This document shows, piece after piece, positions 26,464 to 40,000 of a stretch of DNA of 64,000 bases. The position numbers and the translations under genes are program-made. The stretch is from Azolla caroliniana (lineage: Eukaryota; Plantae; Polypodiophyta), in contig JBHGNT010000010.1 of the NCBI GenBank assembly GCA_043228905.1, forward strand, positions 17,298,001 to 17,362,000, read 5' to 3'. The notes beneath the pieces are model-generated. The model searched no databases, was not told where the DNA came from, and saw nothing but the letters and a program-made list of their open reading frames with translations. How positions within the stretch are numbered: position 1 is the stretch's first letter; each line of letters begins with the position of its first letter.

Positions 26464-27819
26464 CTAATATTTAACACCCCTGTATTCCCAATCACTATCA
26501 TCATCATCTTCGTCTTTTTCTTCTTCTTCTTCTTCTTCTTCATTATCATCATCATAAAGCCAGTGGCCTCCAATGTCAGTATCTTCTAGCGAAGACTCGT
26601 CTACGTCTTCCCGCTCCTCATCAGAGAAAGCTGAGAATTTTGGTTTTATGATACGAGGATTGCCGCCCATAAAAAACTTGTGTTCCATTTCTGCATCGTT
26701 ATCCAAAAGCTCATTTCCCAATGTAAGTGACGAAGTGCTTCGGGGTCTTCCCAGAGAGAAAGAATCGTCACTAATCGGTGGATTCAGGTTCCGGCTTGAC
26801 CTTGGTTGTGTCCATGTGCGAACGGCCTCTTCAAAGTCATGTCTGGGGACACCTTGAGAGATATCGTCCCAAGGGAACCAATAATCAGAATATCTTTTAA
26901 GAGAGGTCGACTCCCCGAAAACTAGAGTTGTGAGACCATAATGAGACCTAGCATCAACAAGCATGTGTGCGAAATCGGTGTCATCTGACACTAAGCACAT
27001 GCATTTGATACCTTTATTCATGCTTTCTTCCATACTTTTCTTCAATGCAATATCTGCGGCTTGAGGCTTATATTGAACCGTCCGAACATAGACCCCAGCA
27101 CGACGCAAGTCACTTTCAAGTCCAAATCCGGCTTTTGGAACCAAAATGGGCCGAGCAGCTTCATTATACCTTTCCGATTTCGGCCGCAATGTTTCTCGGA
27201 ATTTTGCTTTCTTCTTCCCTTTGAGGGACCCGAGCCTTGCCATTCGTTTCTTTTGCTCTCTCTCATGAAGCTGTTGGAAATGCTTCTTAAGAAGAACATG
27301 GGTCCGGCATTTCCGACCGCAGAGTGTACAAACATAGGGTTGATCGACAGTGACGAGGCCTTTTTGCTCGAGAATATCGAGCTTCTTTCTCTCTTGTCTC
27401 TCTTTCCGAACCCATTCCGGGATGTGAAGGAATGCATTGCGATTCGCATAGGCAATCATTTCTATGACATGACCGAATCGAGATGCAGCATGCTTCAAAT
27501 AGAGGGCAGCATGATACGGTGATGATTTTGGTGGTTTGTTATCTAAATCCCAGAACACCGAGACGGTTGGGTTCTGGAATGGCGATGTCTCTCTATAATA
27601 ACCATGGCTTTGATTGTTATTATGATCCACATGCCTATCAATGTGTCTGCTTTGTGGGTTATATGCTTCACCGCTGAAGGAGCAACATATAATAGAAAAA
27701 ACCCTTTTGCGAGAAGAAGATGGAAAAGGACTTACTTGGAGGAAATTTTTGCTTCTGCTTCTGCTTCTGCAGATGAATTCAGTGTGGAAAGATGCAGAAG
27801 GAAGAGCTCTTGAAACCAT
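26464..27819 (-). CDS. NYN (PIN-like) domain protein with inserted C2H2 zinc finger, predicted organellar transit peptide and acidic tail
   Basis: Single 451-aa intronless ORF: Ser/Arg-rich N-terminus, VFWDLDNKPP, CTLCGRKCRTHVLLKKHFQQLH, PQAAD, LVSDDTDF and an E/D-rich C-terminus. Confidence 0.9.
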   Translation of the reverse strand: MVSRALPSASFHTEFICRSRSRSKNFLQVSPFPSSSRKRVFSIICCSFSGEAYNPQSRHIDRHVDHNNNQSHGYYRETSPFQNPTVSVFWDLDNKPPKSSPYHAALYLKHAASRFGHVIEMIAYANRNAFLHIPEWVRKERQERKKLDILEQKGLVTVDQPYVCTLCGRKCRTHVLLKKHFQQLHEREQKKRMARLGSLKGKKKAKFRETLRPKSERYNEAARPILVPKAGFGLESDLRRAGVYVRTVQYKPQAADIALKKSMEESMNKGIKCMCLVSDDTDFAHMLVDARSHYGLTTLVFGESTSLKRYSDYWFPWDDISQGVPRHDFEEAVRTWTQPRSSRNLNPPISDDSFSLGRPRSTSSLTLGNELLDNDAEMEHKFFMGGNPRIIKPKFSAFSDEEREDVDESSLEDTDIGGHWLYDDDNEEEEEEEEKDEDDDDSDWEYRGVKY

Positions 27820-29089
27820 GTTCTAGTTTCCACCTCTGCTTAAGTCTCTGTCTCTGTCTCTGTCTCTGTGTCTGCCTTTGTGTCAGTCCCTTCTTCTGCT
27901 TCCTTTAACTTGTGGATAGTTAACATGGGGTTTCATATACATATAACATACCCCATCACTGAAGACAGACAGATAGATAGTTAACCTTGGTTTTTGTTAT
28001 TTCTCCTCATGCCCTCCTTCATCACATTTATAGGTAAAGTCAAAAAGGAAGCCAAGCTCAATGAATCGGCACGCCATTTACACCAGATTTGTATCTGTCT
28101 CTCGTCATCACACCTTCTCTTGACAAAGAAAAAATAGCTGATAAGACGCGTTTCTCGTTTCGATTTATCGTGTTGGTTATATAGTCGAAGGATCGGACGA
28201 GAGGTTGAGCAGAGGTGTGGTTGGGCAAATGATCAGTCGAAGAGGATGAAAGGATGAGTGGGAGATTAAATGAGAGGGTGATGAAATGAAAAGATGGGTG
28301 GATAGGTTGCTGAGCAATTCAGAATGAGTGAAATTCGAAGAAGGGGAATTACAGGATTTGGAACCAAAAGAGGCGCGGAACCTAATGACGATTCCAAAGC
28401 TTGAAGTGGAAGATAAGAGGGAACATGAGGGGAGGCAAGAGAACCATGAGACAAATGGGAAAACAATGTTTGATGCCCTATGGTTGGTGTTTATCTACTT
28501 GAGTTCAACTAGGTGGGAAACCCCCTTTTACAAATGATTGTGGAAGACATGAATTATGCATCAGACCTCTCACAAACTTATAACTAGACAATCCTCAAGA
28601 CTTTACAACCTTATATGATTCATCTTTGCAAAACAATCTCATGGCCTTACAATCATCACTACTTTATGTTGGACTTAGGCATGTTACACATAGTTTTGAG
28701 ACTAATTGATATGTGTCTACACGTAGGGATGCCACAAATAATATTTGCATAAGTTAGTAGATGACAAGATGGCGATGCACATACACAATCTATCAGTCAA
28801 TCAAGGGTAGAAAGGGAGATAGAAGAACGAAGATGACATTGCATTGAGAATGGTAGTAAAGCAAGAAGACTGGCATTCAATTTGTTACACCAAAGACAAT
28901 GGGATACAAGACAACACTAAACCGTTTCCAAGACATAATGTTATCCTAATGTCATTTTTTGACTATCCGCAAATATAATAAAGTCAAAGAATGAGAATCC
29001 AATTTTGACTACTTTACTTTCGCTACAAGCCTTAACCTTCAGTTTTCCTCAAGTATCACATGACGGTTTTCGCTACCTCCTAATGCTTC

Positions 29090-29387
29090 TGTTAAAAATG
29101 GATTATGTGTGATTGCAATGCAGCAGAAGATGAGAGACTATGTGTGTGTGTGTGTGTGTGTGTGTAGCAACAGATGAGAGAGAGTGAGAGTGAGTGAGAG
29201 CTCAAGACAGAGATAATCAAATTGTATATTACATAAGACTTCCAACGGTCACTAAGTTACAATGAGTTGGTTTATATACCAACTAAGCTAGGGCAAGTGC
29301 CCTTTCTGCTATTTACAAAACTAGCCTGGTATGTCCATGGGCTAGTGTGAACCTATTCCTATGGGAAGTTGAGTTCGATTCTCAACA
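29090..29387 (-). repeat. 3' LTR of the defective copia (contains (TG)n and (GA)n)
   Basis: Aligns with 32714-33043; TG..CA ends. Confidence 0.93.
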
Positions 29388-32300
29388 TGCCCCTTCAAAC
29401 ACAACTTCCATCTGTTCGATTTGAAGTTCGACGTACATATCTGTGTATCAATGCGTACTCCCCCTCAAGCTCAGCAATGTAGGTGGCATGAGACCAAGAT
29501 CCGATGTGAATTGCCCGAGCTTGTCTACTCCTAAGGCCTTTGTAAATATATCAGCAACCTGAAGGTGCGTGCTGATATGTTGGAGATCGATTTCTCCAGC
29601 CTTTATGCGCTCGCGGATGAAGTGGTAGTGCACTTTGATGTGTTTAGTCCGCGCATGAAATACGGGGTTGCGCGCCAAGTAGATATTGCTCATGTTGTCG
29701 CAGTACAAGCGTATTGGATCTTTGATGGGAACGTCCAGATCCTTCAGTACGCGCTTAAGCCATACGGCTTCACATGCGGCGATTGCCACACCCCTGTATT
29801 CGGCTTCTGTGCTCGATAGTGCAACTGTCGGCTGTTTCTTGTTGCTCCAGGAGATCACTCTACTGCCGAGGGAGAAGACGAATCTAGATGTGGATCGTCT
29901 ATATGCTTTGTATCCTGCCCAGTCCGCGTCTGTGTACCCTCCGAGTCGAACTGTCATATTCGACTTATATAAGATGTCGTGATTCATTGTCGTACTGACA
30001 TACTGTAATATCCTCTTAGCACAATCGAGATGAAGGTTACACGAATTCTGCATGAATTGGCTAAGTAGGCCGACCAAATAACTTAGGTCGGGTTGTGTAA
30101 TGGTGAGATAGATCAAGCTACCGATCAGTTGGCGATATTGAGTCGGTTCAGTCTCGGTCGTGCCGGAACTGGCATCAATCTTGATATTGTGATCAAGAGG
30201 GATAGTCACAGGTTTGCACTCTGTCATTCTGAATTTGTACAGTAAGTTGAGGACGTAGTGTCGTTGTGAGATCATTATCCCGACTGGTGTCCGAATTACT
30301 TCAATACCTAGGAAGTAATGAAGTTCGTGCAAGTCTTTCATTTCGAATCTCAGCGAGATCCTTTCCTCCGATGACCAAATCATCCACGTACAAGATGATG
30401 ATTGTCGGGCTATTCGACTCGTTGCGGATGTACAGGGAAGTGTCAGATTTTCACATCTGAAATCCGACTTGATGAAGATATTGCATGATCTTCGAATGGC
30501 AAGCACGCGGTGCTTGTTTGAGGCCGTAAAGTGGCTTCTTGAGTCGGCATATGTCGTGCAGATGTTTACGCGATTCGAATCCGGGTGGTTGTATCATATA
30601 CACTTCTTCTTCTAGCTCTCCTTGGAGGAAGGCGTTTTTCACGTCCATCTGGTGGAGGTGCCACCCTTTCACTGCGGCGAGTGCAATTACGGTTCGTACT
30701 GTGGTCATCTTTGCCACCGGGGCAAAGGTTTCTTCGTAGTCTACACCATGTGTTTGCGCGTATCCTTTTGCAACGAGTCGTGCTTTGAAGCAATTTACAG
30801 AGTTGTCGCCATTATGTTTCACTTTGTAAATCCACCAATAGCCAATAGGCTTCTTGTTTCGAGGATGAGGAACAAGATCCCATGTTTCATTTTCACATAA
30901 CGCTTCCATTTCCTCATTCATCACATTAACCCATCGCGGATCCTTCACAGCTTCAGAAAGCGTTTCTGGCTCCCGTACTGACGCTACCTTCATCATGAAG
31001 GCGTAATGATACACTAAGTACTCGGCATAACCGTAGCGGTTTACGGGGTTCTTCTCACCCGTAGATCGGCGTGGCTTGTCGTTTGCGGACTCTATAGGTT
31101 TCTTCACGCCGTCCGTGTGAATGTTAAGGCCTTCGAACTCACTGTCAAGATCGAAATGATCTTCGTATTCCTGCATTTTCGCCTTGCCTTTGTCTAGCTT
31201 TGGACTTGGCCGAAATGTGCTTTTATCACTTGGGGGCTCTTGCGGTCCACTCAACTGTGTCGTAGTTGGGCTATCTTCAAACATCTGCATGAGCCGATCC
31301 TTGGCTTCTTATTTCGGTGTCATCCGCGTCGAGCGGAGTCGAAGTATTCTCTGGTGCGTACCAGGATGCAGACTCATTGAAGACTACGTCTCGACTAACG
31401 CGAACTTTTCGAGTAGATGTGTTGTAACATTTGTACCCCTTTTGTTCAAGCGAGTATCCCACGAGGATACATATCTCCATCTTTGGAACATTCCCGATAT
31501 GTTGTATTGAATGAGTCGTGTCATCGCCATTCTCGACATATCCAGGTTGATCGGGTTTACGCAATTCTCGGAACCAATCTTCATGAGACGTCATATGGTT
31601 GGACACACCCAAGTCAACAAACCATACACTATTTGAGGCGGAGGCGCTAGTTGAAGCCTGTGCGGACATTGAGTGTGCTTTATGCCTCATTACGAACATT
31701 TCGCCACGATCGCCGTAGTCAAAATTTGTTGCGTAGTTCGTGAGTTATCGGCCTGCCTCACATTTCTTCTTCCGACACTCTTCTTCGTAGTGGCCGGGTT
31801 TTCCGCAGTACCCGCACTTGACTGGGTTTCGGCGATTGCTCGGTCCAGTGTTATGACTCCCCCTTCCGCCAAGTTCTCTGGGCCCGTACCTGTTCGCTTG
31901 CCACTGGTGGGAGTTACGCCCTTGATTCCGCCGATCATTATGGCCTTGTCCGAAACGACCTCTATTTCCACGGTCGAAATCTCTTCTATTATCTGACTAG
32001 GAGTAGAGCAAATGACCATCTGATGCGTTGCTCCTCTGTCAGGCGTGATTCTCTTCGACCAGCAATATCGATTGAAGGTTAAAGAAGGAGGGAGGGTTCT
32101 CCCTTGCAAGAATGGTTGATCTAATCGCGCTGAAACGTGGTGTTAAGCCTCCGAGGCATATATGCACCAATTCGTCATCATCAATGACGACGTTGATCGA
32201 TCCGAGGGCGTCACATAGCTCATTGATCTTCAAGGTATAGCTTGAGATTGACATGTCCCTTTGTTGGATGCTATTCAGCTCCTGACGAAGCTGGAGCTTG

Positions 32301-32713
32301 CATGCGGCCGTGTTGGCTGCGAAAATCTTTTTGAGATTTTCCCACGCCTGCTTCGGCATTTTTGCCTCTCGAATGTAGCCAAGCATATGATCATGAACGC
32401 ATGATGCTAGACAATACAACACACGGCTCGCAGCCTACTCCCAAGCAGGATAGTCGGCGTGTGTTGGGTTGGGTTGCGTTTCGTGAGCTCCTTCAATGTA
32501 GCTCTAGTAACCTTGTTCGACAAGGTATTGATGCATCTTGTACTCCCAAGATGCAAAGTTCGTTCTATCGAGCTTCTTCGTAGGAAGAGCACTTCCCATT
32601 TGAGTGTTCATGGTGATTTCTTCTTCTGTTGATTAACCGGTTCTGTTGATCGTCGGCATGCAACACAACACAATTGAATAGGTGTGATCAGACAACCACA
32701 CGCTCTGATACCA

Positions 32714-32796
32714 TGTTAAGAAATGGAGTCTTTGGTTATTGCAATGCAGCGAAAGATGAGAGACTGTGTGTGTGTGTGTGTGTGGCAACAAATGAG

Positions 32797-32836
<40 letters not shown>

Positions 32837-33043
32837 AGTGAGAGTGAGAGTGAGAGCTCAAGATAGAGATAATCAAACTGTATATTACATAAGACTTCCA
32901 ACAGTCACTAAGTTACAATGAGTTGGTTTATATACCAACTAACCTAGGGCAAGCACCCTTTCTGCTATTTACAAAACTAGCCTGGTATGTCCATGGGCTA
33001 GTGTGAACCTATTCCTATGGGAAGTTGAGTTTGATTCTCAACA
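32714..33043 (-). repeat. 5' LTR of the defective copia
   Basis: Adjacent to the PBS; its (GA)n tract is longer than in the 3' LTR. Confidence 0.93.
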
Positions 33044-34082
33044 GCTTCTTACCCAGCTTTAACATGAATATGATAATGATTCATCCATTGATATGGAATT
33101 GTTCAAGAACTTTGGAAATATATTCACTTTGAGATGGATTAATCGTTTTACTCTTCCTATTTGTGTGATGTGTGCATCTAGAATATGTTTTGTTGTTGCA
33201 AATTTATTCGTCCTCCATGTCAAATCTTTATTTTCTCTTCCACTTTAGAAGCATTCAATCATGCTTTGGCTTTCCTTTGATCAACTTATCATCAACAAAA
33301 TGGACGAGGAGGATTAAATTATCAACGAACTCCTCTTGTGTATAGACATGGATTCTGATTTATTTGATAAAATTTATTTGACTTGATCAAAGAGTTGAAC
33401 TTCAAATAACACTTTAGGGCTATTGTTTTATGCCATATAGGTTGTTTTCCTACTCTTTTAAATCTTTTTCTTCCTTTTTGAGTTTTCTTTCCCCTCATAA
33501 CCTAAGCTAGAGCTCTCTCCTCCTATTTTCTCAATCTTTCTCTTAAGTGAGTAGAATAATGAGGGTTAAGCACTCCTCTTCTTGTATGTCTATTGTAAAC
33601 TCTCATATGAATAGAGATAAGTTTGGCATTAATATATATGTTTTTTTGTCTTTACACATGGATTTCTACTTGACGTTTGAGCTCTTCCTAATAATTAACT
33701 AGTTTCTTAATTATGAGTTAATGTGGGTGAGTGAGGGTTCGTAAGGTTAGGGTTGCAAAACTAGAGGCCCAAGAGTGATTGACAAACACTCTTACCTAGT
33801 TGCTACCAATAGGCTATACAATGGTTAGACCCAACAACTAACAATATCAATGTGGAGTTGAAACTTTGCAACTACATAGGTGTTCCCTGGGTGGTGGACA
33901 CCTCGAGACAACACAAAGACATGGAGAATGTCATGAAAACCTCCCCCACTAATTGGAGTTTCCAGAGGAAGTGAATGTGTGGGTGTTGTGGAGGAAGTTG
34001 ATGGAAGGAATGAAACTTTCGAAAACTTTAGTTATGACTGTGACGAATTGGGAGTGCCACAACAAACCAAGCATACATCATC

Positions 34083-34600
34083 TAGCATGAGCAAGAGTTG
34101 GTGGTACCAATATGAAAGTAAAATGAGAAGGCGAGATTTTGAGCAGGTTGATCAATCAAATAGAAGGAAGACGCACTTTGGGAAGTTGGTCCCTGCCAAA
34201 TTAGGGGAAGAGGGAAGAAGATTGGGTAACTAGAGATTACAAATGTGTGTGGTGTTAATTGGGCACAAAACAACTGGTACTTGGCTTTGTTCTTATGAAA
34301 AGATAACCACCTAGGTGTGGCCCAAGCAAGGTGGCAGAATGCATGGTAACATTAGCATGAGCAAGAGTTGGTGGTACCCATATGAAAACAAAATATGAAG
34401 ATGAGGTTTTGGGATGACAAACTAATTAAATAGAAGCAAGATACACTTTGGGAATTTGGTCCATGCCAAATTGGGGGAAGAGGGAAGAATCTTGGGTAAG
34501 CGGAGATGACAAATGTGTATGGTGTCAATTAGGCACAAAGCATATAGTCCTTGGTTTTGTTCTTACAAAAAGGTAACTACCTAGGTGGTGGCTCAAGTGA
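34083..34600. repeat. Diverged ~270-bp tandem duplication within TE debris
   Basis: TAGCATGAGCAAGAGTTGGTGGTACC..ATATGAAA..CACTTTGGGAA.TTGGTCC.TGCCAAATT.GGGGAAGAGGGAAGA at ~34083 and ~34353. Confidence 0.85.
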
Positions 34601-35600
34601 GGTACTAGTTGGAGCTTGCGAGAAGGAGCGCGTAGGATTTTCTAGGAGAGGCCATGGAAAGCGACCAAAGGAGGAGGTTGCAGATGGCAGTGTGAAGAAG
34701 GCTTGAGTTCAAGTTTTGTTAAAGAGCATTTATTTTCATAAAACGATATTTGTGAGGTCAAAAATATAAATACAAAAGGGAAAGGAAAGAAAACACTTGT
34801 TTTCAAAGAGAGGATGTGAGTTCAAGTCCTACCAAAGCACCATTTCTGCAAACAAATTTTAAGAGTTCTTAAATCAATTAATTTTCATTTCCCGACAACT
34901 TGCCATCTGTCTTGTCTCCTTGACGTTGCACGATCCATGATTAACCCTTATCATACCAATCATCCACGAGTGACAAAACCACGACGGTTGTGATGCATGA
35001 CCACAACCACGACCTTTTATGACAACATAATGGTGGTGAAGGCAATCTAGGATTTTCTAACCTAGTCCCATTCTTGTCATATGTGCTTGGAACATGTAAG
35101 TTGGCAATTGGGCAATTGTGGGAGTGAGCAATGAAGTAACCTATCTTGGGATTGTCCGTATTGGGGGTATGATTGTTGTAGATGAAGATGAGTGAAGGAT
35201 TAGTTGATTGGGAACCATGGAGGGTTGCTCCGAGAAATCCCTTCTCGTTTCCTACAGGAGATTGCGCACACACTTGCACGGATTACATGTGACAACTACA
35301 AAGATGGCAGGGAAGGAAACAATGCCCGACATCCAGGGATGAATGTAAACTCATTGGACAGGGGTAATCATTCTAGTCCTGGGAGAGAAGACTCACCAAC
35401 AATGCTAAGAATAATGGTTATGGACATAAAATCTCCATGATGAAATACAATATGAGTTGTACTAGGATGGGTGTATGCATGGGAGAGGGTTAGTGTGAGT
35501 TTGTGTTTGTGTTTGTGCTAGAGTTACCAGTGTTGTTATATATGTATACGTTGAAACCAAGTAGATAAGTGTGTGAGTAAAAAATACGTATGACGTATTT

Positions 35601-37030
35601 TTATGAGGGAAGTGTAAATTTGTGTTTGAAGATGTTATAAAAAAGGCTTCTATCTTGCAAAAACTTTGTATGCATATCATGTATCACCAAAGGCAATACT
35701 GGTCTCAACCTATTGGCAATAGATTTTGCAATTACTTTATATACCACATTCAAAAGTGTAATTGGCCTCCATTTTGCAAAATCATCTATTTGTACATTAG
35801 ATTTAGGAATCATATATATGATCCCCTCTGACCATAGGTATTTCTATGTGACTTACTCTATAGGGAAACAAATATGTGTATTTATGTGCGAGATGTTTAG
35901 GAGTGATTGTGTGTGCCAATTTCTAGGTGATTTTATATGTATATGTACGGGAAGTACATTGGAAGGTGAGGAAGGGGTATTTGGGGAAATTAGTTTGTCC
36001 ATCTTCCTTTGGTTAATGGGTACAAAGTTGGTTGGTTTGTCAAGTTTGGTGTAAATGAAAAAATGAAAAAGAAAAGAAAGGGAAAATGAATAAGAAAAAG
36101 GGGGAGAGGGAGAGGGGATGATAACAAAAAGGCATAACTCAATTGACTAAAGCTTATTTCAAGAGCAAAATGTAAAACCCTTAGCTCTAGGTCGACGCAT
36201 CCTTGTCAAATATTATGGTTGCACTAACTTACACATATGACATTGCCTGCTCATGACCAAGTGTGAGGGTGCCAAGTATCACGTTGGAATAAGAGATAAA
36301 CAAAAGGTCAAGATGAAGAAGAAAATTGGACAACAAATGACAACCAAAAAAGAAAAAAGAAAATCATTGGATCTAGTTATACATGTATTCGCCATATATT
36401 TGCCATATATTTGTTGGCATGTGATTTTTTAACGCAAAGTTGTATGTCCTTGTAAATAGGGACTCTAGGTGCTCTTATTCTACACCAATAGTACATATGC
36501 TCAAATTACAGTTGTCACCACAAAGAGGAATAAGATCAAGCGATGAGAGATATAATAAATACGGATTTCCATAGAATACGGATCCAATTGCGACATAAAA
36601 ACATGATCAAAAGAAGGAACTCTAGGGGGAGGAGTTTCAACAATGGGGCAAACCACCAAAACAAACTAGCATGGTGGTTTTTGCAACAAGTCTGGCCATA
36701 TCAAAGCGGATTGTCACAATATGGAGATTATGTCATCGTGGGTCAAAAAGCCACGAAGCATGTCATTAACTTCAACCATGAAACTTGTGGTCAAATGTTT
36801 GTAATGAACCCACAAGTAAACATTGAGATATCAAAGAACTTCAATTTGTCTTAGTACGCTTGATCGTCACCCTTGCAATCAAAGAGACAATTGAAGTCCC
36901 CAACAATGTGTGGAATGTTATTTGTTCGAGAGGATGGTTCACTTGGAATGATTCCAAATAGTGGGGAGCTTTTGGATCCACCCAATGAACTTTGATCATT
37001 GTTCGTCATCTTGGCAAGGAGGTTCTACTA
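35601..37030 (-). mobile_element. L1 LINE relic (endonuclease + RT fragments)
   Basis: IPK..WRPITLLNVVYKVIAKSIANRLRPVL (35601-35813), IVGDFN (~36890-36908) and a degenerate SRLDR-like motif (~36575). Confidence 0.8.
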
Positions 37031-40000
37031 GCATTGGTTGATTGTCTAGAAATGGAAATGGCATAGTGTACACTGCATTGTAAAGTGGGAATCTCATACT
37101 AGAAATCAACACATTAAGACAAATTGTGCAATGTTTCTGAATTTGAGGCTCCACCTTTGTTAGCATCCATCTTATGCATTTTGATGGAATTCATTTGCCA
37201 AGTTTGGTCAATGTCAATTATTTTGTCAAATTATATGTTCAAAAGTTGACACAACGAAGTTGAGGATGTATTAATGAATTAATGCATGGTTGATCATCTA
37301 CAATAATCAATGTTTGAAGCATTGGATCTCCTCAAAGGGATTCTCTTTACTATTAAAGGCTATCTATTCCTAATTTTCCATTGACCAATATTTCTATTGA
37401 GTGGTTTATTTATAGAAACTTATCAAATGTAATCCCATGATGGTTATGTAGAGTGATGGATATTGATGACCAGAGCCTAAATAAACATTATAAGGCTTAG
37501 CATCAAATTTACATCGTAATTTGTCACGATATTTTTGTTATCACTTGGGGAGCTATCATCAACGCATCTCTCATAATTACTGCTATAATTATGTGTGTTC
37601 AAGATACAACTAGCATGTTATTGTCAAACAAGAATACATTGCACTATCATTATCAATATTAATGTAGATGAGGCTCATTAGAGCTTTAGGAATAGATTTT
37701 GCTAGTGAATAACTATATGAATAAAATTCATAGAGGGGGAGATTGTATCCAAAATAGTGGAATTTTGTGAGTTTTTTCCTCTCTCTCTCTCCCTCTATAA
37801 ATCCATGCAACAATCTGCGTTGATCCTTGATATTTTGTTAATTGTGGATGGTTAATCTATGGTTTACCAAAAACTAGGATCCTTGTTAATTGATCAAGTC
37901 CAATCTATTCAAGGTTACGAGAAACTGGGATACTTAATTGATTTTATACATGATCTTGCAAGGTGTCAATAAGCTACAACTCTACCCTGCTTGAGATCTA
38001 ATCGTTTATGTGCAAATGCAACACTTATTGTAGAATCTTTGAGCACATAGTAAGGAGAGTGTGGGAACTTCCCTAATGGTTGAAGAAACAAAACTCTATG
38101 TATCCAAATTTCTTGTTTGTTCATATGAGACCTAGTAGCCCAACACATCCCTAGAATTGGTTGTGCCAACGTTGGTCTAATTCTTGGCACATATAAATTT
38201 CCATCTCTATCTATTAAATATCATCTCCCACGTATATTGGTGGAATTGAAACCCACATATTATGCTATTATTAATGTTTGACAAATAAAGTAGATGTTTT
38301 TACATTTGTTATCCCTTAGGTTTGTATTCCAACTACCTATAAGAGATTTTTTGCATATGCATTACGATTTGCATGTATTTTGCATTCAAGTAATCATTGG
38401 GGTTGGAAAACCATCATGATCAATGAGTGTTGTAAAAGCCACTAATTTTTAAAGGCTATTATTGTTGATATACAACTTCGTCACCCTCCCTTTATCATGA
38501 TAGTTAACACTTATTAGTTAACAATTTGTTCACTTGAGAACATGCTCATCAACTCAATATTCATTTAAATTTGTGATATGGGAATTAAGCATTCACATTA
38601 ATAACTCCTTCAATTAGTTCAGGAGAATATACTTATTGTTATCATAGATGCCAATCTATGAGATGAATTTGTTCTTATGAGTATTTAAGATTGGGCCTTG
38701 AAATTGAAACATTACTCGGATTGTAGCAACTGAAGCTTGTTTATTAATGTTTTTGTGTACGCAAGGCAAAGTTGCATTCCCAATCAATTATAAGTACACT
38801 CAAAGTTTTCAAACAAGCTAAGTAAAATTTGTTCCTTTTGAGAGTCAAACTATAACATTCATATATTTACTAGTTCAATGCTAGGAAAACTAATAATAAT
38901 TGATTATAAATTCACCCTATGAATTAAATGCATAGGAAATCCAACAATATGGGAAATTTTTACTTTTTACTTTTTACTTTTTACTTTTGATACTATTCTC
39001 TAACATGACCATACTTTTTACATTTTGCATTTTACTTTTTCAGTTCAAGATCTCACACATTCATAATTTTGATCATACTTTAGTTTCCACCACCTAAGGA
39101 TTGACATTACCAAGTCAAAGCTAGCAAAGCTACATACAACTTAATAATTGTTGCAAACAAGTGGCATCCCTTGAATGTCTCCTCGTCCAAACAAAGGACA
39201 CATTTTAGAGTTCACCAACATGTAATAGAACAGTTCAATTTACATTGGGAAAGGGTTCCTGCAATGAGTGAGGATCTCACCCACCACTTGCTTGGACATG
39301 AAAAGATCCCAAACTGATATATGTACATAGCTCTTAAACTTTAGTGAAATTGTAGATGCTCTCTTAATGATAAAGCACACATAATATCCTCCAATATATG
39401 AAATGTATTGTTAACAAGGAAACAAACCATGTTCCGATGACCGTTTGGCAGCTAGCACGGAAAATCTACATGTATAATATGAGTTATTCTTGAAATTGGC
39501 TTGAGAAATATGAAAGACTATATATTAGGTGACTCAATAAGTACTATGAATTATTATTTTCTTCATCATTTGCATTTATCATTGGTTTCCTTCTATTTAC
39601 TTTCAATGATGCCATGAAAAGAGATGACAATAATTTGAAACCAAAATAGATGGCAATCATACAAAGTGAGCACATCTCAAAGGCTCACATTATGTATATC
39701 ATTTGAACAAATACAAATATGTAGATGCGAGATCCCGAATATGTATTACCTAATATACTATTGGAGACAAGTCTAAGACAACAATCTAAAAAATATACTA
39801 TTTTGTTTGTGGATAGTGGAAGTGACGAGGTAAGCACAACAATTATAGCATCTAAGGTAGGAAATATAACTAACATCAAAAGAGTCTTTTGAGGTTATAT
39901 TTAGGATCCGTATGAAAAGTATGACAACTTGCTATTCATTGGTAGGCCTATCTCTTATTTAGTTTTTGTATTCGTATATGTATTCAAAAGTTTATAGCAA

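Larger units (their letters stand above)
29090..33043 (-). mobile_element. Defective Ty1/copia LTR retrotransposon (integrase core deleted, frameshifted)
   Basis: LTRs 32714-33043 (5') and 29090-29387 (3'), TSD GCTTC (29085-29089 / 33044-33048), PBS TGGTATCAGAGCG (32713-32701). Gag with CGYCGKPGHYEEEC, protease WFVDLGVSNHM, RT YVDD and RNase H RTKHIKVHYHF lie in several frames. Confidence 0.95.
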
